Assembly (NCBI GenBank): GCA_963555755.3 | Contig: OY820905.2 | Span: 512,001 to 576,000 of the forward strand | DNA from: Nitrospirales bacterium | GTDB lineage: Bacteria; Nitrospirota; Nitrospiria; Nitrospirales; UBA8639 | Length of the DNA: 64,000 nucleotides | Direction: 5' to 3' | Shown here: piece by piece, positions 11,577 to 23,734 of the stretch | Position numbering within the stretch: the stretch's first letter is position 1 | Layout: each line of letters starts with the position of its first letter | Made by a program: the position numbers and the translations under genes | The notes under the pieces: model-generated | What the model was told of the DNA's origin: nothing | Databases searched by the model: none | What the model saw: the letters and a program-made list of their open reading frames with translations, nothing else

Positions 11577-11930
11577 TTATCGTTCCTGGTTTTTTGCACA
11601 TTCAATACACACCAGGGTGGTCGGATCGACCTCTAATCGTTTGAGGTGAATATCTTCTTCACATCGCACACACACACCATAGTTGCCGTTCTCAATACGT
11701 TGAAGGGCAGAACCAATGCGTTGTTGTTGAATCATTCTTCGTTGCTGCGATGCCTTGGCCATGGCTTGGCCTTGGAGCGCATCCATTCGGGATAGGCGCC
11801 CTACGGCGGATTGATCCAATTCAACAGTCCGAGCGGCTTCTTTCCCTGATTGTTCAACTTGTGCTAATGAATCGCGAAGGTTGAGTAATTTTTCCTTGAA
11901 ACGGTTTACGTCCAAGGGAGCATCTCTCAT
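11577..11930 (-). CDS. TraR/DksA C4 zinc-finger protein
   Basis: VGRLSRMDALQ, YGVCVRC...RLE..P...CIEC. Confidence 0.9.
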   Translation of the reverse strand: MRDAPLDVNRFKEKLLNLRDSLAQVEQSGKEAARTVELDQSAVGRLSRMDALQGQAMAKASQQRRMIQQQRIGSALQRIENGNYGVCVRCEEDIHLKRLEVDPTTLVCIECAKNQER

Positions 11931-11964
11931 GCGTTCAACAATGACACGTAAAGAATAATCCTGC

Positions 11965-12558
11965 TCATGACTGACGCGTCAACGCATTTTGATCAGTGTG
12001 GTGAAACACACCTTGACGACCCTGGATCTGCAACTGGGTATCTTGGATGTAACTGAACTGGCCATCGTTCTGGAACATGACTTTGAGGGTATACCGGATC
12101 GTCTTAAAGGCTTGGTCGAGAAAGGGGCTGGACATGATACCGAATGTTTCTGATCCAACCTCTGCTGCTAATTCGAATTTTTTCCCCTGAGGGTCTGCTT
12201 GGCCTCCCGCATTGACGACCACTCCACGCGGCACGATGAAACAACGCATCACCAACTGTTCATTGGGATCCCACAACCAATAGCCGACTTCTTCGTGAAA
12301 TGGATTTTCCTGATGTAATGGCCAAGCCTCCGTGGAATATCGCAATCCATACAACACTTGCGGCCCATTCACCACTGGACCCATTGGTTCAAAGGTTAGG
12401 CGTTCACGGAATTTCGTTTCAGTTTGCCCATTTCGAATGGGAGCGATATCAAGTCCTTGATCGCCTTCCCAGCTACCCGCCAACGCAGCCAGTGGCCCTA
12501 AGTTTGTGACAATATCTTCATCGATTTCCTTTGGTTTTTGAAAAACGTCCACCTTCAT
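11965..12558 (-). CDS. Nitrobindin/FABP-like heme-binding beta-barrel (DUF1794)
   Basis: LGPLAALAGSWEG, FHEEVGYWLWD, C-terminal HTD.N. Confidence 0.8.
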   Translation of the reverse strand: MKVDVFQKPKEIDEDIVTNLGPLAALAGSWEGDQGLDIAPIRNGQTETKFRERLTFEPMGPVVNGPQVLYGLRYSTEAWPLHQENPFHEEVGYWLWDPNEQLVMRCFIVPRGVVVNAGGQADPQGKKFELAAEVGSETFGIMSSPFLDQAFKTIRYTLKVMFQNDGQFSYIQDTQLQIQGRQGVFHHTDQNALTRQS

Positions 12559-12712
12559 GGCCTCCAGGGTTATAAAAATATTTTTCGAGCTGGATCAATT
12601 TGTTTTGAATCACAGGCCCAGAATATCGTTGATAGCGCATAATCGCAAATATACTTAGAAACGGCCGTTGCCATTGCCCTGCATGGGATTCGATAGCAAA
12701 ACAATAACTTGA

Positions 12713-12852
12713 GGGCACCTCTACAAACCGTCCTTTTCTGTGATGGCGGCGTCAGCCGCGTGCTCACATCCTCATGTATTCGCCCATACACTCCGGTTTT
12801 CCGCGCGCGGCTTCCTTGCCCTCACAAAAAATGCCTGGTTTTTTAGGTGCCC
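12713..12852. repeat. MITE family D (GGGCACCTCTACAAACC...GGTTTTTTAGGTGCCC) with TTGA flanks
   Basis: Inverted termini; TTGA at 12709-12712 and 12853-12856; central hairpin core. Confidence 0.75.
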
Positions 12853-12862
12853 TTGATTGTAT

Positions 12863-14293
12863 CTAATCAGATACAAAAGTGTGTCTTTTTGTTCCTTCCA
12901 CAGGAGACTCTATGGCCCCAAGGGATTTTTGAATAATGCTGATTATTGAGCGAAGTTCGCTCTCGACAATACTTAGCGGCGGGATGAGAGCCAAGACATT
13001 ACCAATGGGGCGAATGAGGAGTCCCTGCTTGCGGGCCTCCATTGCAACTTTGTGGCCCATCCTGGCTGTGAGGGGAAAGGGGGCTCGGGTTTCTTTGTTT
13101 TTGACTAATTCGATTCCGACCATGTAGCCGCATTGGCGTATATCGCCAACCATGGGTAAGGCAGCAATGGGTCTCAAAAGCTGTTTTATTAATCGAGATC
13201 CTGTTTTGACTTTTGCCAGCGTTTTTTCTGTTGGGAAAAGTTTCAGGTTAGCTAATGCTGCGGCACAGGCGAGGGCATTTCCAGTGTAGCTATGTCCGTG
13301 GAAGAAGGTTTTGAATTCGGCGTAATCGCCAAGGAATGCTTGGTAAATTTTTTCCGTGGTCAGAGTCGCAGCAAGTGGGAGATATCCGCCGGTAAGTCCT
13401 TTGGCTACGGCCATGAGGTCAGGCGTGACCGTGTCATGCTCGCAAGCGAACATTTTTCCTGTGCGGCCAAATCCAGTCGCGACTTCATCGGCAATCAGTA
13501 AGACATTGTATTTCGTGCACAACTCACGTACCCGTGACACATAGCCTGGGGGCTGAGTGATCATTCCGGCCACGGCTTGGATCATGGGCTCGATGACCAC
13601 ACCGGCGATTTCTTCGTTCTTCTTGGCTAAAACTTTTTCCAGAGGATCGATGCAGGCCATCTGGCACGATGGATAGTCCAACTTGAGTGGGCAACGATAG
13701 CAATAGGGCGCATCGATCGAAATGGTTTTGACCAGTAGGGGACGAAACCGTTCCTGAAAGAGTGTGATCCCTCCCACGCTCATGCTCCCAGCGGTATCGC
13801 CATGGTAGGCTAGATCCAATCGTACAAATTTTTTCTTCTTTTTGGCTGGAGGGTTTTGCTGCTGCCAATATTGGATGGCCATTTTGAGCGCGACTTCTAC
13901 GGCGGTTGAACCGTCGTCGGAGTAAAATACTCTCGTCAACCCTTTTGGAGAAATCTTGACTAATTCTTTGGCGAGTACAATTGAGGGAGGACTGGCTTGC
14001 CCCAACAAGGTGGTATGCGCGACTTTGTTGAGTTGCTCACGGATGGCTTTATCCATTGCGGGATGTCGATGGCCATGAAGATTGACCCAAATTGAGGAGG
14101 TGCCATCAAGATATTTATTGCCGCAACTATCATAAAGATACGCCCCTTTGGCCTTTTCAATGATGAGCGGGTCTTCTTGTTCCCATTCCTGCATTTGCGT
14201 GAAGGGATGCCAGACATATTGACGATCCCATTTGGACAATTGGAGGGGAGTAGGGGAGGAGGGAGATTTTTCTTTGGATTTCTTGTGCGCCAT
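12863..14293 (-). CDS. bioA: Adenosylmethionine-8-amino-7-oxononanoate aminotransferase
   Basis: VWHPFTQM, SDDGSTAVEVALKMA, YHGDT, IADEVATGFGRTG, AKGLTGGYLP, FFHGHSYTGN. Confidence 0.97.
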   Translation of the reverse strand: MAHKKSKEKSPSSPTPLQLSKWDRQYVWHPFTQMQEWEQEDPLIIEKAKGAYLYDSCGNKYLDGTSSIWVNLHGHRHPAMDKAIREQLNKVAHTTLLGQASPPSIVLAKELVKISPKGLTRVFYSDDGSTAVEVALKMAIQYWQQQNPPAKKKKKFVRLDLAYHGDTAGSMSVGGITLFQERFRPLLVKTISIDAPYCYRCPLKLDYPSCQMACIDPLEKVLAKKNEEIAGVVIEPMIQAVAGMITQPPGYVSRVRELCTKYNVLLIADEVATGFGRTGKMFACEHDTVTPDLMAVAKGLTGGYLPLAATLTTEKIYQAFLGDYAEFKTFFHGHSYTGNALACAAALANLKLFPTEKTLAKVKTGSRLIKQLLRPIAALPMVGDIRQCGYMVGIELVKNKETRAPFPLTARMGHKVAMEARKQGLLIRPIGNVLALIPPLSIVESELRSIISIIQKSLGAIESPVEGTKRHTFVSD

Positions 14294-14330
14294 CCTGTAG
14301 AGTTAAATCCTTATTGAGACTTCGAAAAAA

Positions 14331-14366
14331 CCCCTCACCCTAACCCTCTCCCCTCAGGGGCGAGGG
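14331..14366. repeat. 36-bp REP-like element CCCCTCACCCTAACCCTCTCCCCTCAGGGGCGAGGG
   Basis: Exact reverse complement at 33784-33819; related motifs near 49158-49190 and 63753-63784. Confidence 0.75.
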
Positions 14367-14480
14367 TTTTTTTAAAAAATGTCAGACTTACACCTCCGCG
14401 AAACGCGGGATTGTAGTGTCTGGAATCATTCTTTGACAAGACGGTAAAACCCTAATAAAATCAATGGATTTGATTTTACA

Positions 14481-16286
14481 ATGAACAATCTTTCCCGTAT
14501 TCGCAACTTTTCTATCATCGCCCATATCGATCACGGTAAATCCACCCTTGCCGATCGTTTCCTGGAGCTGACTGGTGCGGTGACGGCAAGAGAAGCTCGT
14601 GATCAGATCCTGGACGATATGGATCTTGAACGTGAGCGGGGGATTACCATAAAAGCTCATGCGGTGACTACCACCTATAAAGCCCATGATGGGCATACTT
14701 ACCAATTGAACCTCATTGATACGCCTGGCCATGTGGACTTCACCTATGAGGTATCCCGAAGCCTTGCTGCTTGCGAAGGCGCGCTGCTTCTTGTTGATGC
14801 CACTCAAGGCGTTGAAGCGCAAACTATTGCCAATGCCTATTTGGCCATCGCTAATGACCTCGTGATCCTTCCCGTGATTAACAAGATCGATCTAGCCAGT
14901 GCCGATATTGAAGGCGTGAAACAACAAATCGAAGATGTATTGGGTCTCGATGTGGAAGCATCCTTGATGGTCAGTGCCAAACGAGGAATTGGCATTGATG
15001 AACTCTTGAATGCGGTGGTTGAGCGGGTTCCGCCCCCTAAAGGAACGCTTGCCGATCCACTGAAAGCGCTCATTGTTGATTCATGGTTCGATAACTACCA
15101 AGGTGCCATTGTGCTGGTTCGGATTTTTGATGGGGTGGTGAAGCCCGGCATGAAGATTCAGCTCTTATCGAATAAACGAATCTTTGAGGTATCCGAAGTT
15201 GGCATTTTTTCTCCGAAACGCACCAAAACGAAAAAGCTCCAAGCCGGTCAGGTCGGGTATGTGGTTGCCGGCATGAAAGAGGTTTCGGATACAAAAATCG
15301 GGGATACGCTGACGGATGCGAGTCGTCCCACAGACATTCCCTTGCCAGGTTATCGCGATGTCAAACCCCTAGTCTTTTGTGGATTGTACACCACCGATAA
15401 TGACGACTACGTGGATCTTCGTGATTCTCTCGAAAAACTTCGTCTCAATGATACGTCTTTTATTTATGAACCTGAAACCTCATTAGCCTTGGGGTTTGGT
15501 TTTCGATGTGGGTTTCTCGGGCTGCTTCACATGGAAATTATCCGTGAACGGTTGTATCGGGAATATGGACTAGAATTAATCAGCACGGCGCCGACGGTCA
15601 TTTATCGGGTCAAGACGGTAAAAGGGGAGCTTCTCACTATTGATAATCCCTCAAAATTGCCCGAACCAGAGCAAATCGAAACCATGGAAGAACCCTTTAT
15701 CCAAGCCACGATCATTGCGCCGGAACGGTATGCCGGAAATATCATGTCCTTGTGCCAGGAACGTCGGGGTACGCAAGTCAGCATGCAATATTTGGATACC
15801 ACTCGCATCATACTGGTCTATGAACTTCCACTCAATGAAATGGTTCTTGATTTTTATGACAAATTGAAATCGCGCACCCAAGGCTATGCCTCTCTCGATT
15901 ATGAATTGTCCGACTATCGGGCCGCCGATTTGGTCAAGCTCGATCTGCTCCTGAATGGAGAAAATATTGATGCACTTTCGTTTATCACCCATAAAGATAA
16001 AGCCCTGCATCGAGGACGTCAATTGGCCGAAAAAATGAAGGAATACATCCCGAAACAGATGTTCGAGATTGCTATTCAAGCCGCAATTGGCAAACGGGTG
16101 ATCGCTCGTGAAACGATATCCGCCATTAAAAAAGATGTGACCGCCAAGTGTTATGGTGGCGACATCACGCGAAAAAGAAAATTGTGGGCAAAACAAAAGG
16201 AAGGCAAAAAACGTATGAAACAAATAGGGCGAGTGGAAGTTCCACAGGAAGCCTTCTTAGCACTCCTCAAAGTGAAGGATGAATAA
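14481..16286 (+). CDS. lepA: Elongation factor 4 (LepA)
   Basis: [45 protein letters not shown]. Confidence 0.99.
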   Translation: MNNLSRIRNFSIIAHIDHGKSTLADRFLELTGAVTAREARDQILDDMDLERERGITIKAHAVTTTYKAHDGHTYQLNLIDTPGHVDFTYEVSRSLAACEGALLLVDATQGVEAQTIANAYLAIANDLVILPVINKIDLASADIEGVKQQIEDVLGLDVEASLMVSAKRGIGIDELLNAVVERVPPPKGTLADPLKALIVDSWFDNYQGAIVLVRIFDGVVKPGMKIQLLSNKRIFEVSEVGIFSPKRTKTKKLQAGQVGYVVAGMKEVSDTKIGDTLTDASRPTDIPLPGYRDVKPLVFCGLYTTDNDDYVDLRDSLEKLRLNDTSFIYEPETSLALGFGFRCGFLGLLHMEIIRERLYREYGLELISTAPTVIYRVKTVKGELLTIDNPSKLPEPEQIETMEEPFIQATIIAPERYAGNIMSLCQERRGTQVSMQYLDTTRIILVYELPLNEMVLDFYDKLKSRTQGYASLDYELSDYRAADLVKLDLLLNGENIDALSFITHKDKALHRGRQLAEKMKEYIPKQMFEIAIQAAIGKRVIARETISAIKKDVTAKCYGGDITRKRKLWAKQKEGKKRMKQIGRVEVPQEAFLALLKVKDE

Positions 16287-16288
16287 AC

Positions 16289-17056
16289 ATGGCGCATAAT
16301 TCGAATCCGCTTGATGGAACGGAGCCTTCATCCACCGATCAGACTGCGTCGGTTGAGGCTTCACCACAAGAAGAAAAACGAAAAATGGACTCTGTAACCA
16401 AGAAGTCCGTTTGGCGAGAATATACCGAGGCCATTATCATCGCGATGATTTTGGCCTTTACCATTCGAGTGCTTTTCGTTCAAGCGTTTAAGATTCCATC
16501 CGGGTCCATGATTCCCAGTTTGCAAATCGGGGACCATATTTTAGTCAATAAAATGGCCTATGGCATTCAGTTGCCACAAGACTGTGAATTCGACATTTCG
16601 TTTCCCCCCATGACCTGTTATTCCACGAATTTACTCATTGAGTTTGATAACCCGGATCGCGGTGATGTGATTGTGTTTCGGTATCCAGAAGACGAAGAAA
16701 AAGATTTCATTAAACGAATCGTGGGTTTGCCTGGCGATATCATCAAAATACGGAACAAGGTCATCTATGTGAATGGGAAACAACTTGACGATCAAGCCTG
16801 GACCCAGCGGATTGATCCGGGGATTCTCGATGGCCGGATTACGCCACGCGACAATCTTAATCCTATTACCATTCCGCCCGACTCGTATTTCGTGATGGGC
16901 GATAATCGGGATCAAAGCCTGGACAGCCGATTTTGGGGCTTTGTGCAAAAACACAAAATAAAAGGTCGCGCCTTTTTGGTCTATTGGTCTTGGAAAGGCC
17001 ATGGTTCCATGTCCGAATGGGTTCGGTGGGATCGTATCGGAAAAATTATCGATTGA
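16289..17056 (+). CDS. lepB: Signal peptidase I
   Basis: IPSGSM, FIKRIVGLPGD, MGDNRDQSLDSRFWG; follows lepA. Confidence 0.97.
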   Translation: MAHNSNPLDGTEPSSTDQTASVEASPQEEKRKMDSVTKKSVWREYTEAIIIAMILAFTIRVLFVQAFKIPSGSMIPSLQIGDHILVNKMAYGIQLPQDCEFDISFPPMTCYSTNLLIEFDNPDRGDVIVFRYPEDEEKDFIKRIVGLPGDIIKIRNKVIYVNGKQLDDQAWTQRIDPGILDGRITPRDNLNPITIPPDSYFVMGDNRDQSLDSRFWGFVQKHKIKGRAFLVYWSWKGHGSMSEWVRWDRIGKIID

Positions 17057-17235
17057 GGGATTGTTGAAAAATGTCGCCAGCGGCGTTCTCAGGCAGTTGT
17101 CGTGATCACGTAGGAGAATACGCTCCGCGCGCCAACGGCCCTGCGGCCTTGCTGGACCTGGTTACGCCGAAGCGGCTCCGCGCAGGCGAGCGACCTTCCT
17201 TCGATAAGACTCAGGACAGGTTTTGAACAGCCCTC
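17055..17235. repeat. MITE family A copy 5
   Basis: GAGGGATTGTTGAAAAA...TTTTGAACAGCCCTC with core CACGTAGGAGAATACGCTCCGCGCG; overlaps the lepB stop. Confidence 0.82.
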
Positions 17236-17275
17236 CTTTCACTTTTAATAAACCTTTTGCTCCAGGAACCTTTTC

Positions 17276-18328
17276 GTGCCCCCTTCAACTATTAAACGCA
17301 CAGGGCTCAAGCACAAAAAATTAGGGCCATCCTCACTCTCTGTTTCTCCACAATTGCTTGAACGATTTCTTCGCCGATTTCATCGTGGGCAAGTGCTGGT
17401 CATTGGGGATTTGATGCTTGATCATTTTATTTGGGGGGCCGTGAGTCGCATTTCCCCAGAAGCGCCAGTTCCCGTAGTCCAAGTTGAGCGAGAATCGTTG
17501 CGCCTAGGCGGAGCCGCCAACGTGTATAACAATATTGTGTCGCTGGGGGGGACGGCCGAAGTGTGTGGTGTGATTGGCCAAGATGAAAGTGGTCAGGCAC
17601 TGTTAAAGGAGTTAGGGCTTCGACGACATCGACATCCTGGAATCATTGTCGATGCCTCCCGTCCTACTACGCGAAAGGCTCGAATCGTCGCACACAGTCA
17701 GCAAGTTGTTCGATACGATATCGAGCGGCGGGAGGACATCTCGCCTCAGGCGACTCGGCGGATTGTGAAACATGTCGAGTCCCGTTTGGACTCGATTTCT
17801 TGCCTCGTGATTTCCGATTACGCCAAGGGTGTGATTACGCCTTCGTTGATGGCTCAAGTGGGTCGACTAGCACGAAACCGAAACATTCCCCTCATTATTG
17901 ACCCGAAAGTAGAGCATTTCCCCTACTATGGTGATGCGACCGTTCTCACTCCGAATCATATGGAAGCCCAGCAGGCTGCCGGCTTGTCAGGTCATGATCA
18001 TCAATCCATTCATGATATCGGTCATTCCTTACGCCAGAAGTTGGGATGTGAGGCGGTCTTAGTGACGCGCGGGGAACAAGGTATGAGCCTCTGTGAAAGC
18101 AGCGGAGCGAGTTGGCATATTCCTACGATGGCACGACAAGTTTATGATGTCACTGGCGCCGGGGATACCGTAGTCAGTACGTTGGCATTGGCCATGAGTG
18201 TGGGAGCGTCAATCCAGGAAGCCTCCATTCTGGCTAATCATGCCGCTGGGGTGGTAGTCGGTCTTGTAGGAACGGCTTCCATTACGAAAGCCCAACTCAA
18301 AGAGGCGATTCACCACACTTATGAATAA
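17276..18328 (+). CDS. rfaE1: D-glycero-beta-D-manno-heptose-7-phosphate kinase (RfaE domain I)
   Basis: GDLMLD, RISPEAPVPVV, SDYAKG, VYDVTGAGDT; start uncertain. Confidence 0.92.
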   Translation: MPPSTIKRTGLKHKKLGPSSLSVSPQLLERFLRRFHRGQVLVIGDLMLDHFIWGAVSRISPEAPVPVVQVERESLRLGGAANVYNNIVSLGGTAEVCGVIGQDESGQALLKELGLRRHRHPGIIVDASRPTTRKARIVAHSQQVVRYDIERREDISPQATRRIVKHVESRLDSISCLVISDYAKGVITPSLMAQVGRLARNRNIPLIIDPKVEHFPYYGDATVLTPNHMEAQQAAGLSGHDHQSIHDIGHSLRQKLGCEAVLVTRGEQGMSLCESSGASWHIPTMARQVYDVTGAGDTVVSTLALAMSVGASIQEASILANHAAGVVVGLVGTASITKAQLKEAIHHTYE

Positions 18329-19082
18329 AGCACCCGTGACGATTGTCATCCCAGCTCGATATGAGTCTTCTCGCTTCCCTGGAAAACCCCTTGCCCAGCT
18401 TGCGGGTAAGCCTCTCATTCAACATGTGTATGAACTGGCCATCCGTGTGCCAACAGTGGACCAGGTAATCGTGGCAACTGATGACTCCCGTATTCAACAG
18501 GCCGTTGAACAATTTGGGGGAGTTGTACAGATGGTCACTGCGCCATGCCGAACCGGAACAGATCGGGTTGCTAAGGTTGGCCGTTCATTGTCCAGTGAGG
18601 TAATCGTTAATTTGCAAGCTGATGAAATTTTACTGAGTCCAGACATTTTGAATGACCTCATTGATCCGTTCCTGGCGGATCCAGTCCCAATGGGTACGTT
18701 GAAACGACAAATTAAACATCAAGATGAATTTCTCCACCCGTCTGTAGTCAAAGTGGTGACGGATCAGGAGGGGAGAGCGCTATATTTTTCCCGCGCATTG
18801 ATTCCGCATACCCGAGATCAGGTGCTCCAGGGTCAGTCCGCCCCCTTTGCCTCGATTCACTTGGGAGTGTATATTTTTAAGCAAACGACGTTATTACAGT
18901 TTGCCGAGCTGCCGACGGGAACACTCGAGGAAACCGAGAAGTTAGAGCAATTGCGGGCATTGGAACATGGCATCCCCATCAAAGTATGGGAAACCAAGCA
19001 GCCGTCTCTGAGAATTGATACACCAGAAGATTTAGCCGAAGCGAATCGATCTTGGGAACGACTCATGGTCAGGTCAGGGTAG
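18321..19082 (+). CDS. kdsB: 3-deoxy-manno-octulosonate cytidylyltransferase
   Basis: IPARYESSRFPGKPL, TGTDR, ALYFSR, EKLEQLRALE. Confidence 0.96.
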   Translation: MNKAPVTIVIPARYESSRFPGKPLAQLAGKPLIQHVYELAIRVPTVDQVIVATDDSRIQQAVEQFGGVVQMVTAPCRTGTDRVAKVGRSLSSEVIVNLQADEILLSPDILNDLIDPFLADPVPMGTLKRQIKHQDEFLHPSVVKVVTDQEGRALYFSRALIPHTRDQVLQGQSAPFASIHLGVYIFKQTTLLQFAELPTGTLEETEKLEQLRALEHGIPIKVWETKQPSLRIDTPEDLAEANRSWERLMVRSG

Positions 19083-20711
<1,629 letters not shown>

Positions 20712-21246
20712 GAGGCTGTTCGAGATTAGCGATCGTCAGCTCCCTTCTGTCATTTCGAGTGGAAGGAGAAATCTCTCCATTGGGGTTGGAAAGGCTGCCA
20801 CGTGTGGTGAAAAAAACGAGATTTCTCCCAAGGGTCGAAATGACCATGGGAGCGGTTGCCATGACAAAGGGCTGGGCCCTCAGGTGGCTGGAGCCTGTTC
20901 GAGATTAGCGATCGTCAGCTCCCTTCTGTCATTTCGAGTGGAAGGAGAAATCTCTCCCTTGGTGCTGGAAAGGCTCCTACGTGTGGTGAAAAAAACGAAA
21001 TTTCTCCCAAGGGTCGAAATGACCATGGGAGCGGTTGCCATGACAAAGGGCTGGGACCTCAGGTGGCTGGAGCCTGTTCGAGATTAGCGATCGTCAGCTC
21101 CCTTCTGTCATTTCGAGTGGAAGGAGAAATCTCTTCCTTGGTGCTGGAAAGGCTCCTACGTGTGGTGAAAAAAACGAGATTTCTCCCAAGGGTCGAAATG
21201 ACCATGGGAGCGGTTGCCATGACAAAGGGCTGGGACCTCAGGTGGT
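20712..21246. repeat. Three tandem 179-bp units, each containing a REP-like inverted pair
   Basis: CTGTTCGAGATTAGC recurs at 20716, 20895 and 21074; units nearly identical. Confidence 0.95.
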
Positions 21247-21281
21247 AACCTCCCAGATTCTTTTCAGAAACGAGATACAGC

Positions 21282-22121
21282 ATGGTTCAAGAAATTGACC
21301 TCGGTGGATTCCAGGGTGGAGGAGCCCATCCACATTTTCTTATTGCTGGTCCGTGCGTCATCGAAAGCGAGCAAATCGTTCTCGATACGGCTTTTCAGAT
21401 TGCCGAAATTGCCAAGCAAGTTGGCTTCCCTTTTATTTTTAAAAGTTCATATGACAAGGCGAATCGTAGCTCAATCCATTCTTTTCGTGGCTTAGGTATG
21501 GAAAATGGATTGGCCATCCTTCAGAAAGTTAAAGAAAAGGTTCAAGTCCCAGTTCTAACCGATGTGCATAGCGTGGAAGAAGCAACACAGGCTGGGCAGG
21601 TCGTGGATGTTCTTCAAATTCCGGCATTTTTATGCCGCCAGACCGATTTGCTTGTGGCAGCTGCTAAAACAGGACGGGTAGTCAACGTGAAGAAAGGCCA
21701 ATTTTTATCGCCTTGGGACATGAAGAATGTGGTGCATAAATTAGAGGAAAGCGGGACCAAGAAGATTGTTTTAACAGAACGGGGAGCCTCATTTGGATAT
21801 AACAATCTCGTCGTGGATATGCGTTCGCTCCCAGTCATGAGAGGACTTGGGTACCCCGTGGTATTTGACGCGACTCATAGTGTGCAATTGCCAGGTGGTG
21901 GGGGAACCAAATCCTCAGGTCAACGTGAATTTATTGCGCCACTAGCACGGGCAGCAGCAGCGGCTGGATGTGATGGATTTTTCATGGAAGTTCATCCGGA
22001 CCCTGATTCAGCATTATCCGATGGACCCAACATGGTGCCTCTCGACAAACTCAAAGAGCTACTTCAACAACTACTTCATATTTGCCAAGCATCCGGAAAA
22101 GGTGAAATCAATCTTTTTTAA
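21282..22121 (+). CDS. kdsA: KDO-8-phosphate synthase
   Basis: [44 protein letters not shown]. Confidence 0.98.
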   Translation: MVQEIDLGGFQGGGAHPHFLIAGPCVIESEQIVLDTAFQIAEIAKQVGFPFIFKSSYDKANRSSIHSFRGLGMENGLAILQKVKEKVQVPVLTDVHSVEEATQAGQVVDVLQIPAFLCRQTDLLVAAAKTGRVVNVKKGQFLSPWDMKNVVHKLEESGTKKIVLTERGASFGYNNLVVDMRSLPVMRGLGYPVVFDATHSVQLPGGGGTKSSGQREFIAPLARAAAAAGCDGFFMEVHPDPDSALSDGPNMVPLDKLKELLQQLLHICQASGKGEINLF

Positions 22122-22143
22122 CTGCCAAGGCTGAGAATCGGGT

Positions 22144-22776
22144 ATGCAAGTACGTAAAATCGTCAAACTACCAGTGAAACCTACGCATCCAGTAAGCGAG
22201 GCAACGGTTGAGGATACCTTCAACCTACCAAACTCTTTGACCATTTTACGGATATTGATGGTTCCAATTTACGTCATTTTGTTTTTAGAGCCCACGGCTT
22301 CGCGATCGATTGCAGCAGCCGTGGTATTTGGGTTGGCAGCATTGACTGACTTATTGGATGGATATTTGGCGCGTCGTCGTGGCCAAGTCACTCAAGTTGG
22401 TCGGTTATTGGACCCCATTGCCGACAAATTTTTGGTCATTTCAGGATTGATTTTACTTGTACAATTTCAGAGGATCGAGGCCTGGATTGCCATTACCTTT
22501 ATTGTTCGGGACTTGGGCATTACCGGAATCCGTGCTGTAGCCGCATCCAAAGGCCTCATTATTGCCGCGGGGCAATTCGGAAAATATAAAGTTGTGCTTC
22601 AAGTAATTGGAATTATTTTATTGACCCTAAAAGGTGCTCTGGTGCTTCCGTTCCTTGATTTTCACCTACTAGGAACAGGGCTGCTGTATTTCGCGCTCAT
22701 GTTCTCCATAGTTTCTGCAGGACAATATGTATGGGAATTTTGGCAAGCCTTTATGAACAAAGATCTTCCTCGATAA
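22144..22776 (+). CDS. pgsA: CDP-diacylglycerol--glycerol-3-phosphate 3-phosphatidyltransferase
   Basis: NLPNSLT, TDLLDGYLAR...GRLLDPIADK. Confidence 0.95.
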   Translation: MQVRKIVKLPVKPTHPVSEATVEDTFNLPNSLTILRILMVPIYVILFLEPTASRSIAAAVVFGLAALTDLLDGYLARRRGQVTQVGRLLDPIADKFLVISGLILLVQFQRIEAWIAITFIVRDLGITGIRAVAASKGLIIAAGQFGKYKVVLQVIGIILLTLKGALVLPFLDFHLLGTGLLYFALMFSIVSAGQYVWEFWQAFMNKDLPR

Positions 22777-22793
22777 CGCTCACAAACCCTGTG

Positions 22794-23393
22794 ATGAGCT
22801 TCGACCTCACCGGCCTTATTTTTTCCCTTTCAGCCTATCTCCTTGGTTCCATTCCATTTGGTCTGGTGGTTTCACGTCTTTGTGGTTCTCAAGATCCCCG
22901 ACAGGCTGGAAGTGGAAATATAGGATCCACGAATGTATTACGTCTCTCAGGAAAAAAAGTTGGAATACTCACGCTTCTTGGAGATTTAGGAAAAGGTTGG
23001 ATCGTAGGTTGGGTGAGTCTAACTTTTTACTCCCAAACAATATGGGGCCTGGTCGGCATGTTCGCAGTTGTGGTGGGACACATTTTTCCAGTGTTCCTTA
23101 AATTCCGTGGTGGAAAAGGCGTGGCGACTGGGCTTGGAGCCATACTCGGATTTCATTTCGGAACAGGTTTGATTCTTGTCCTGGTTTGGATGGGAACAGT
23201 TGGCCTGTTTAAATATTCTTCAGCTGGAGCTGTGCTGGCCTTCGGCCTATTTCCCTTAGTCAGTTGGATGATGACCGAAAATGATAAATTTTTAGTTTTC
23301 TCCATTCTTTTAAGCTGTATGATCATTCTCAAACATAAAGGGAATATTGAAAGATTGGTAAAAGGTACTGAATCCCGCATTGGATTCAAGTGA
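22794..23393 (+). CDS. plsY: Glycerol-3-phosphate acyltransferase PlsY
   Basis: YLLGSIPFG, GSGNIGSTN, GHIFPVF..FRGGKGVAT, KHKGNI.RL..G.E. Confidence 0.96.
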   Translation: MSFDLTGLIFSLSAYLLGSIPFGLVVSRLCGSQDPRQAGSGNIGSTNVLRLSGKKVGILTLLGDLGKGWIVGWVSLTFYSQTIWGLVGMFAVVVGHIFPVFLKFRGGKGVATGLGAILGFHFGTGLILVLVWMGTVGLFKYSSAGAVLAFGLFPLVSWMMTENDKFLVFSILLSCMIILKHKGNIERLVKGTESRIGFK

Positions 23394-23572
23394 AAGTAAT
23401 TTTTAATTTGACATAATACTTCTTATCCGACATTTTTATTATTTCCCTAAAATGCCGAATTTGGCATTTCCCCTTTCGAATTTTCATTTTCCCCTTCTTA
23501 AAATCGTTGAATACTTGAAAGTTTTTAATAATGCCGTTCATATGTTTTTATCTTATGAAACGCCAGAACACA

Positions 23573-23695
23573 GGGGATGTTCAAAAAGGTGCGCTCAGCA
23601 AGGCCGCAGGCCCTTTGATGCGCGGAGCGTACTCATAGTACGTGAGCACAACAAAGGGCCGAGAACGCCGCTGACGCCCTTTTTCAACATTCCCC
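23573..23695. repeat. MITE family A copy 6 (reverse orientation)
   Basis: GGGGATGTTCAAAAA...CGGAGCGTACTCATAGTACGTGAG...TTTTTCAACATTCCCC. Confidence 0.82.
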
Positions 23696-23734
23696 CTTCT
23701 TGTTTACCCACCAATTCCCTTGTAAGGTACCTCT

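Noticed and set aside
20712..21246. CRISPR array
   Set aside because: Units are 179 bp and nearly identical along their length, with no unique spacers and no cas genes
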